A stretch of 64,000 nt of DNA. Source: a plasmid. Location of the stretch: sequence record NZ_CP072215.1. One strand, written 5' to 3'. Each line of letters starts with the position of its first letter. The first letter of the stretch is position 1. Shown here piece after piece: positions 57,825 to 64,000 of the stretch. The translations under genes and the position numbers were made by a program. The notes beneath the pieces were generated by a model, which worked only from the letters and a program-made list of their open reading frames with translations, made no database searches and had not been told where the DNA came from.

Positions 57825-58677
57825 TCATAATACATCAATTATCGTATGGGCAGGAAGTTCCAGTTTGGAGAAAGCAAACATTTTCTTGCCCAAATCCTTT
57901 AGCGATGCCCCAATATGATATACTTCCGTATTATCAATGATTAAGAAGCGGTCATGACTACTTTTGTAGGTTCTAGCTTCAATGGGAGGATATTGGTCAT
58001 TGTGTTTGTTTAAATCAAGTTGGAGCTGTGCGTTTATTTTGTGTATAAATAGTAGCTGATACTCCACTGTTTCGTTTGCTCAACATGAGTAACACGGATT
58101 CATCTACATAGTTGTCGATAAGCACAAGTGAGCATTTGGCAGACTTTATTAAATCTGTAGCAAACTTATACGCATCGAATATCTGACCGTCAAAGAATAT
58201 ACCTTCCACCGGAGGCAATGAGGTGCGTACAAAGAAGTCTATCTTTGCATCATGTTCAGCAATGGTTTTCTCTATTTGGAAGAATCTATTGTTCATTCTA
58301 TATTCCATGTCATTGAGCCGTTGGTTTATAGAATAACCTTTCAATAAATATTCTTTTAAAATTTTATTTGCCCATTGCCTGAATTGCGTACCTCTTACGC
58401 TTTTAACTCTGTATCCAACTGAAATTATTACGTCTAGACTAAAGAACTTGACAGGCTTATCGGAATTAGCAATGTGCAAAAAATGCACATTGCTTTTCTC
58501 TTCCAATTCCTTTTCCTTAAAAACATTATTTATATGTTTGGTAATAACGGTTCTGTCACGTTGAAAAAGTTCTGCTATCTGCGCTTGTGTGAGCCAAACG
58601 GTTTCATCTTCTAAACGTACTTCCAACCTTACAGCTTCATCCGGTTGGTATAGTATGATTTCTCCTTGCTTCTCCAT
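57825..58677 (-). pseudogene. RhuM-family protein (copy 2) split by a frameshift into a 220-aa N-terminal and an 80-aa C-terminal ORF. Inverted relative to copy 1.
   Basis: The first 33 aa are identical to copy 1 (MEKQGEIILYQPDEAVRLEVRLEDETVWLTQAQI). The C-terminal ORF matches the copy-1 C-terminus (HIGASLKDLGKKMFAFSKL). Confidence 0.65.
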
Positions 58678-59110
58678 TATATGTTTCGCTTTTATTATAT
58701 TGTTGCAAATGTACGAAAAAGAAACGTTATAAAGTCTGTTTTTTCCGTAAGTATTACCTTAAAAATTTGTTCCCTTTTTATTTTAATAAAACAGAAACAT
58801 TCTGCTGTTTTAAAAATCAGTTATCTGTTTGCTATTCATAGTTAGGGTATCAAATAACTAAAATTCAAATGGAAACGCAAATCTATATTTTATGCAGATT
58901 TGTTTGTTAGAAGCGGAGAAAAGGACACAAGACATGATAAGAATCATAGGTCGGGGAGCGCCGCACGGCAAGGGGGGCACTAGCCTCCCGACGAGTGCAG
59001 CCGTTGGCCGGGTTATCGGTGAAAATGGAAAAAAGTTGGCTTTTCTTTTGGTATTGTTATAACTTTGTCTATATTTGTGTTGTGATAATCAATTTTAAAG
59101 TTATAACATT

Positions 59111-59359
59111 ATGGTAACAAACATTATTCAGATTGGAAACAGCAAGGGGATAATACTTCCTTCCGAGATATTGAAACAGTTGCGTTTGTCCTTGAAATCG
59201 GCTGTGAGCATTTCTTTGGACGGGAACAATATTGTGATAAAGGCACAACCACGGCAGGGATGGGCGGAAGCTGCCAAACGTGCCCATGAGAATGGGGATG
59301 ATGAGTTGCTTATCCCTGATGTGTTTGAGGATGAAAAGTTTGAGGATTGGACATGGTAG
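59111..59359 (+). CDS. mazE: MazE/AbrB-type antitoxin (SpoVT-AbrB domain)
   Basis: N-terminal IQIGNSKGIILPSEIL swapped-hairpin motif. 82 aa. Overlaps mazF. Confidence 0.75.
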   Translation: MVTNIIQIGNSKGIILPSEILKQLRLSLKSAVSISLDGNNIVIKAQPRQGWAEAAKRAHENGDDELLIPDVFEDEKFEDWTW

Positions 59360-59673
59360 AACAGTATGGAGTGTATTGGGTAGAGTTAGACCCTACCCGT
59401 GGGGGTGAAATGGCAAAGACACGGCCATGTGTTGTTGTAACTCCTTCAGATTTGAATATGTACCTTACAATAGTAGTCATTGCTCCGATAACCTCCACCA
59501 TAAGGAACTATCCTTACCGGGTTCTGTGTTCTGTAGCCGGGCGTGATGGGGAGATAGCCACGGATCAGATTCGCACGGTGGACAAAAGCCGGCTGAAAAG
59601 AAAGATTGGAGATTTGAATTTCAGTGAGATAAAAAGACTGAAGGAAGTGTTTCATCAAATGTTCTGTGAATAA
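59347..59673 (+). CDS. mazF: MazF/PemK-family endoribonuclease toxin
   Basis: Motif GVYWVELDPTRGGEMAKTRPCVVV...IAPITST is typical of PemK/MazF. 108 aa. Confidence 0.8.
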   Translation: MDMVEQYGVYWVELDPTRGGEMAKTRPCVVVTPSDLNMYLTIVVIAPITSTIRNYPYRVLCSVAGRDGEIATDQIRTVDKSRLKRKIGDLNFSEIKRLKEVFHQMFCE

Positions 59674-59722
59674 TGGAAAGTGTGCAAATAACAGGTTATG
59701 TAGCGTATTCAAAAAAGATATT

Positions 59723-60121
59723 ATGAAGCCAACTACTTATATTAATTGGGACGGTCTGAAAGACATTCCATTCTTCTACTGCGATACAAAGGAAGATGAA
59801 GAAAACAAGGATTTCGACATCTATTACCAGGGCAAGCTGGTGTTGCATGACTACAACCATTGCGGACACTACCTTTACACTGCTGCGCTGCTGTTCAGTA
59901 AAATCAGAAACATTACAGCCGACTGGGTGAACCTGCATAACCTTTGGATTCTGCGTGATTGCGTGCGCGAGAATTACAATCACGGCATAGGAGTGGACGA
60001 CCTTATTTTCGGAGAGAATTTCGATGGCAAGAACCTCGATACACTCACACCGCTTACCAAGAAACGCTTTGATTATTTGTGTAAGCGGATTAAGGAACTT
60101 GACCCATACGCAACAATTTAA
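59723..60121 (+). CDS. Hypothetical protein (probable start MKPTTYINW within ORF 59666-60121)
   Basis: ORF with no recognised motif. Confidence 0.4.
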   Translation: MKPTTYINWDGLKDIPFFYCDTKEDEENKDFDIYYQGKLVLHDYNHCGHYLYTAALLFSKIRNITADWVNLHNLWILRDCVRENYNHGIGVDDLIFGENFDGKNLDTLTPLTKKRFDYLCKRIKELDPYATI

Positions 60122-60220
60122 CACTTCATTGGGCGAAGGCAGGGCTTGCTGCGGATGCCAGACTTTAAATAATCCATTGGATTAATTATCTTTGCACGCT
60201 AATTTTCAAATTATAAAGAA

Positions 60221-60505
60221 ATGACTAAATCGGAAATCGTAAAGGAAATATCTGCCAGAACCGGCATCGACGGCAAAGCGGTGCTTGCTGTTTTGGAAGG
60301 ATTCATGAACGAGGTAAAGACTTCGTTGGGTAAGGAGGAAAATGTCTATCTTCGTGGATTCGGTAGTTTCATAGTGAAGAAGAGAGCGCAAAAGACAGCT
60401 CGGAATATCTCTAAGAATACTACTATGATTATTCCGGCTCATAACATACCGGCATTTAAACCGTCTGACGAATTTTTGAAAATGGTAAAACAACAGAACG
60501 CATAA
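60221..60505 (+). CDS. HU/IHF-family DNA-binding protein
   Basis: MTKSEIVKEISARTGI...GFGSF is characteristic of HU beta-arm proteins. 94 aa. Confidence 0.85.
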   Translation: MTKSEIVKEISARTGIDGKAVLAVLEGFMNEVKTSLGKEENVYLRGFGSFIVKKRAQKTARNISKNTTMIIPAHNIPAFKPSDEFLKMVKQQNA

Positions 60506-60517
60506 TAGGTAAACACA

Positions 60518-60790
60518 ATGAAAGATCAGTTACGATTATTGAGAGACTGTATCAATAATGATCGTCCGGCAGTTGTCTTTCAGGGAGACGATTTTTGCGC
60601 TCCTGAGATTTTGGAAGCAGCAAAAGAAATTTATCGTAAACATGGTTGTTCCGAAGAATTTCTTTTTGACTGGCAGCTGCTTATCAATGAGGTGAAGGCT
60701 TACCAGTTAGAAAGTCCGGCAACTGTCAAATTGCCGAAACTCTCCCCGACAGAAACGGAACTGGTGCGGGAAGAGATGACTAAACGCTAA
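60518..60790 (+). CDS. Hypothetical protein (90 aa)
   Basis: ORF 13 bp downstream of the HU gene. Confidence 0.4.
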   Translation: MKDQLRLLRDCINNDRPAVVFQGDDFCAPEILEAAKEIYRKHGCSEEFLFDWQLLINEVKAYQLESPATVKLPKLSPTETELVREEMTKR

Positions 60791-60851
60791 AAAATATTCT
60801 CGTTTAATACGCACCTTTTATTCTTCAGGCAGCGTATTGAACGGGATGGGA

Positions 60852-61229
60852 TTAAAATGTTGGCGAACCTGCTTTTTTCGAAAGTTCCTGCCAATAGTTG
60901 AAGTCACTCGGTGAAAGATGCTCTTGCATCCAGTCACGCATACCAATATCGTTTCTTTCGTTCACATATCTCGTAAACGGAATCATTGTCTTACATGCTT
61001 CAAATCCAAGCATTCTCATATGGCGTGAAATGTTGGGAGGAAGACCTTCCAACCACTCTTTATAATACATTATCAATCTGTTTTCTTGGATTGGAACCGC
61101 TTGTTGGTGGTAAATATAGCTGGCGTTTCCGATTCTAATATCTCTGGCCTTATTTTCCCGTTCTTCTTCAGGTAGCCGACTTAAATATTCAGCTTGTGCT
61201 ATTCTGCATTTGGAGTTTGGATGTTCCAT
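60852..61229 (-). CDS. Hypothetical protein (125 aa)
   Basis: Last gene of a three-gene minus-strand array. Confidence 0.4.
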   Translation of the reverse strand: MEHPNSKCRIAQAEYLSRLPEEERENKARDIRIGNASYIYHQQAVPIQENRLIMYYKEWLEGLPPNISRHMRMLGFEACKTMIPFTRYVNERNDIGMRDWMQEHLSPSDFNYWQELSKKAGSPTF

Positions 61230-61243
61230 GGTATTTTATATAA

Positions 61244-61570
61244 TTAAGACTCTTCAATGATACGGTTCATCAAATCACATATTTTTTGGCAGCTATGACG
61301 GTCTGCGCAAGCAGGATAGGGGCATTTCTCAAAGGATGCCTGATTATCCGTAACTATGAAACCTCCGGAACGACGTACATAACTTACCGGATGAAAATAA
61401 ATATCTTCCTTTTTCGGCCTATAAGTACATAGTCTTATAAGGCTGTTCAGCTCTTTGCAAATTTGCTCACATTTTTCTTTGGGATAATGTGGCAAATCAC
61501 TGAATGCTTCGTAGGGGACAAAGGCAAATGCTTTGTCATCCCACATGACAGGTGTGTAATTCTGTACCAT
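61244..61570 (-). CDS. Hypothetical Cys-rich protein (108 aa; CEQICK...CPYPACADRHSCQKIC)
   Basis: ORF with eight Cys residues. Possible metal-binding. Confidence 0.4.
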   Translation of the reverse strand: MVQNYTPVMWDDKAFAFVPYEAFSDLPHYPKEKCEQICKELNSLIRLCTYRPKKEDIYFHPVSYVRRSGGFIVTDNQASFEKCPYPACADRHSCQKICDLMNRIIEES

Positions 61571-61615
61571 TTGTTATTTGGAATAAGGATGGCTGGCAGA
61601 TTCCGTATTTCTGTA

Positions 61616-61870
61616 TCAGTTAGGTAATCCGTCACTATTTAAGTGCGCCTGGGCAAACTCCCGGAGGTTCGTTTCGGCAATGCACTTTTCATAAATCTCA
61701 TCCAATACTTCTTGCATATTTTCTACTTTATTGAATTTTAAGGGGCTGCCGTTTGTTGCGGCTTGCCTTTCCAGTTGTTCGATGATACTGGGAAATATCC
61801 CACGCAATAAACCGACGGTAGCTACGGCTGTAGCTGGTTCTACCTCTATTGTAATCTTTTTCTTTTCCAT
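61616..61870 (-). CDS. Hypothetical protein (84 aa)
   Basis: First gene of the minus-strand array. Confidence 0.4.
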   Translation of the reverse strand: MEKKKITIEVEPATAVATVGLLRGIFPSIIEQLERQAATNGSPLKFNKVENMQEVLDEIYEKCIAETNLREFAQAHLNSDGLPN

Positions 61871-62289
61871 ATCGTTGTATTATGTTATCAAAAGTAATAA
61901 TTATTAGGATATTGGTAAGCATTTCTTCTGAAAAACTTTTTAAAGATATTGTTTTAAGATGACATACTGTGTTTTTGCGTTCACGCAGTATTCTTTCCCA
62001 CCCTCCCCTTCATCGGAATGACTGTTCTCATTTCCGGTTTACCCGTAGTCATCCGCTATGCGGCTGATTATGGGCAAACCAGAAAAGAGAAGTTCCAAAC
62101 GTGGGCGGGATTGCAATGGTCATCATCCGGAGCTTCGGCATTGCCGAAACAACCTCCTTCTTCCGTATTGCAGCCCCGTCCTTTTACCGTTTGTCCCGGC
62201 AGTCCGTTGCTAACCCGTTCCCCCCTGCCACTTGTGGCAGGGAGATAGGAATACGGTTTTGCAGGCAAAACCGTATGGCTTGTTTTACT

Positions 62290-62657
62290 TTCCGTACTGC
62301 CCTTTTCCTAGTTTTCTGCCTCCCTTAATGTGCGTTTTTCATAGCCCCATCTGAGACCCTTTGTTTTTGAACGGCAAATTTATTTCGGTGGATGGATACG
62401 AAAGAGTTCCGGTCTTCGCCCTTTGTCCCGAAAAAAATAACGCCGGACGGCTTCGCTGTCCCCAACATTTTTTGTCGTCCAAAACTTTTCTTAATCCCTC
62501 CTTCCTTATTGTTGTGTGCCGTAAAAAAAAGGCTCATAAACTCAGATGGGGCATGAAAGCTCAAAAAAAAAGTCGGCAGAAAGAAAAGGCCATCCCGGAA
62601 AGGGGTTTTAAAAAAAGGTCTTTAAATCTAGCTGAAGCATAAAATTAGAAGTTTAAC
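62290..62657. repeat. Conserved ~368-bp non-coding element, copy 2 (~96% identical to 27503-27870)
   Basis: Aligned directly with copy 1. Ends about 20 bp upstream of the 62679 ORF. Confidence 0.9.
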
Positions 62658-62678
62658 AATCCCAAAAAACAACGAGTT

Positions 62679-63158
62679 ATGTCACGAGTACACTATTTAG
62701 AAGGAGATTATGAACAGTTAGTTATTAATGAAACGATAGACGGTCTTTTTTCCAGTTATCGTATAGACCGCAATTCATTGCCAAAAGGATTTTTCCTTTA
62801 TGAGATTAGATGGGATGACAGCTTATCTTCATTGGCAGAGATTAGCCCCTCTGTGGTGGTGAATCATGCAGGTTCATTCATTACAAAGTCACCCCTTGAA
62901 TTTGATGCAAACAATAGCATACGGATAACCTATACCAATTTTATCGAGTTCTGCCAGTTTGGTGAGTGGGCTTATGAGAAACTGGCTGTATTGGATTGTA
63001 ATTCCGGTAATGTTGCGGTGATAAGCCCAGACAGGAGATTGCAGACCACTGAAGAGATTGAGATTTTTTTGAGTGGGCATTGTGGCTATCATCTGAGTGA
63101 GATTAATTGGATGGTGATGAAAGGCGATGTGCTGTTTTTGAACGAGAACGATTTTTAA
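62679..63158 (+). CDS. Hypothetical protein (159 aa), first gene after copy 2 of the conserved leader
   Basis: ORF. Confidence 0.5.
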   Translation: MSRVHYLEGDYEQLVINETIDGLFSSYRIDRNSLPKGFFLYEIRWDDSLSSLAEISPSVVVNHAGSFITKSPLEFDANNSIRITYTNFIEFCQFGEWAYEKLAVLDCNSGNVAVISPDRRLQTTEEIEIFLSGHCGYHLSEINWMVMKGDVLFLNENDF

Positions 63159-63214
63159 TGAGTATAACCGTAACTGCCTCTTGGAATGGGGCAATTACAT
63201 AAAATATTATAAGT

Positions 63215-63478
63215 ATGAAGTGGATAGATAAGATGGTAGAACGCATTACCCGAAAAGAAACTGCTTTAAATGACCACTTTTGTGTAAATCGGCATACGGT
63301 TGTATGTCAGAGTGGTATGACTGATTATGTTTCTGTAACGATTGATAATACCGATGGTTTTGATTTCGATTTTTGGACAAAACAACTTTGTTTTGAGAAG
63401 GACTGTAAATATCGCTCGGAGATAAAAGCGGCTTTTGATAAAATCTATGGCACAAGGAATATAGAATGTTGTGAATAA
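63215..63478 (+). CDS. Hypothetical protein (87 aa)
   Basis: ORF. Confidence 0.4.
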   Translation: MKWIDKMVERITRKETALNDHFCVNRHTVVCQSGMTDYVSVTIDNTDGFDFDFWTKQLCFEKDCKYRSEIKAAFDKIYGTRNIECCE

Positions 63479-63511
63479 TGAAGTCAGAAAAGTATGATAC
63501 CAAAGGAGATA

Positions 63512-64000
63512 ATGAAACTTTATGAAAAGCTTGCTTTCAGTCGGGGATATGAAGAAGCCTTTCGGGATTTTTTGGATGTTTGTCTTTACTATTTGTCTGT
63601 CGGGATGTTGGCGGAGGATTATCGTAGAGTGGAAAAAAGATATAAGCCATATGAAATGGAACTTTTTGTTCAAATGTTTTATAGGGTGTCTGAATATTCG
63701 GAAGGATTTTGCGATGTCTTGGGAGATATGTTCATGGAGTGTGTCAGTCATGGGAATAACGGACAGTTCTTTACCCCGATACACGTTGCTGATTTGATGG
63801 CATGTATGGGGGGAAATAGGCTGAAACCTAAACAGTCGGTCTGTGATTCGTGCTGTGGTTCCGGCAGGATGCTACTTTCCGCTGTAAAAAAATGTGCGGA
63901 AGAGAATGATGGAGGAAGGCTTTTTTGTTATGGCTCGGATATAGATTTGATTTGTGTAAAGATGACCGTTGTCAATCTGATGATGAATAGCGTACCCGGT
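63512..64000 (+). CDS. N6-adenine DNA methyltransferase, N-terminal part only (runs off the window). It lacks a stop, so it is not in the supplied ORF track.
   Basis: Manual translation from the ATG at 63512 gives MKKLYEKLAFSRGYEEAFRDFLDV...FFTPIHVADLMA...VCDSCCGSGRMLLSA. The FxTP and DxxCGSG motifs are the SAM-binding N-6 methylase motifs. The overlapping track ORF 63522-63797 is in another frame and is rejected. Confidence 0.65.
   Translation, partial: MKLYEKLAFSRGYEEAFRDFLDVCLYYLSVGMLAEDYRRVEKRYKPYEMELFVQMFYRVSEYSEGFCDVLGDMFMECVSHGNNGQFFTPIHVADLMACMGGNRLKPKQSVCDSCCGSGRMLLSAVKKCAEENDGGRLFCYGSDIDLICVKMTVVNLMMNSVPG

Noticed and set aside
63522-63797. 91-aa ORF from the supplied track at the window end
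   Set aside because: A different frame over the same DNA gives a clean N6-adenine methyltransferase N-terminus with SAM-binding motifs. The track ORF is a frame artefact.
1-64000. Whole window considered as a large plasmid, because of the Rep/iteron, parA and mob genes
   Set aside because: A 21-kb upxY-led capsule locus with an invertible promoter is typically chromosomal in Bacteroidales. The replication and mobilization genes are surrounded by pseudogenes and IS remnants, which fits integrated and decaying mobile elements better. It cannot be settled without flanking sequence.

Overview
The window looks like Bacteroidales (Bacteroides/Parabacteroides-like) DNA; the assignment rests on the UpxY/Wza/Wzc/CpsB capsule architecture, the Bacteroides-type mobilization genes and the TAnnTTTG promoter motif. 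It has three parts. (1) Positions 1-3300 hold the end of a mobilization module: an RHH MobA/MobC-like protein, a relaxase and one unknown gene, followed by a degenerate 170-bp duplicate of that gene's 3-prime end. (2) Positions 4610-25231 carry a roughly 21-kb capsular polysaccharide (CPS) locus, entirely on the minus strand. It starts with upxY and continues through a WecA-like initiating transferase, Wza, Wzc, a CpsB phosphatase, a WbpP-like epimerase, a WbpO/TviB-like dehydrogenase, a split acyltransferase, Wzx, six glycosyltransferases, a Wzy/EpsG polymerase and a hexapeptide acetyltransferase, ending with manC. Upstream, at 25381-25596, a segment bounded by 19-bp perfect inverted repeats carries a Bacteroides-type promoter; it is probably invertible and currently points away from upxY. 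A 406-aa tyrosine recombinase sits just beyond it. (3) Positions 27.4-64 kb are a mosaic accessory/mobile region. It contains a DUF2958 gene, two tandem hipBA toxin-antitoxin modules plus a detached hipA tail, a low-GC orphan gene, a DUF4143 AAA ATPase, a LuxR-type regulator with a type-V (Mfa-like) fimbrial operon, parA, two inverted RhuM paralogs, two small serine recombinases, a translationally coupled radical-SAM/DUF5131/MBL-hydrolase operon, AraC regulators, a second mobilization pair with an oriT-like hairpin, an IS1380-family transposase pseudogene, a Rep-like gene with a 7-iteron origin, RadC, mazEF, HU, and a partial N6-adenine methylase at the window edge. Several non-coding repeat families tie the region together; the most notable is a ~370-bp conserved leader present in 2 full and 1 partial copy in front of unrelated small-gene operons. 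No rRNA, tRNA or CRISPR array was found. All family assignments come from reading motifs by eye, with no database search.
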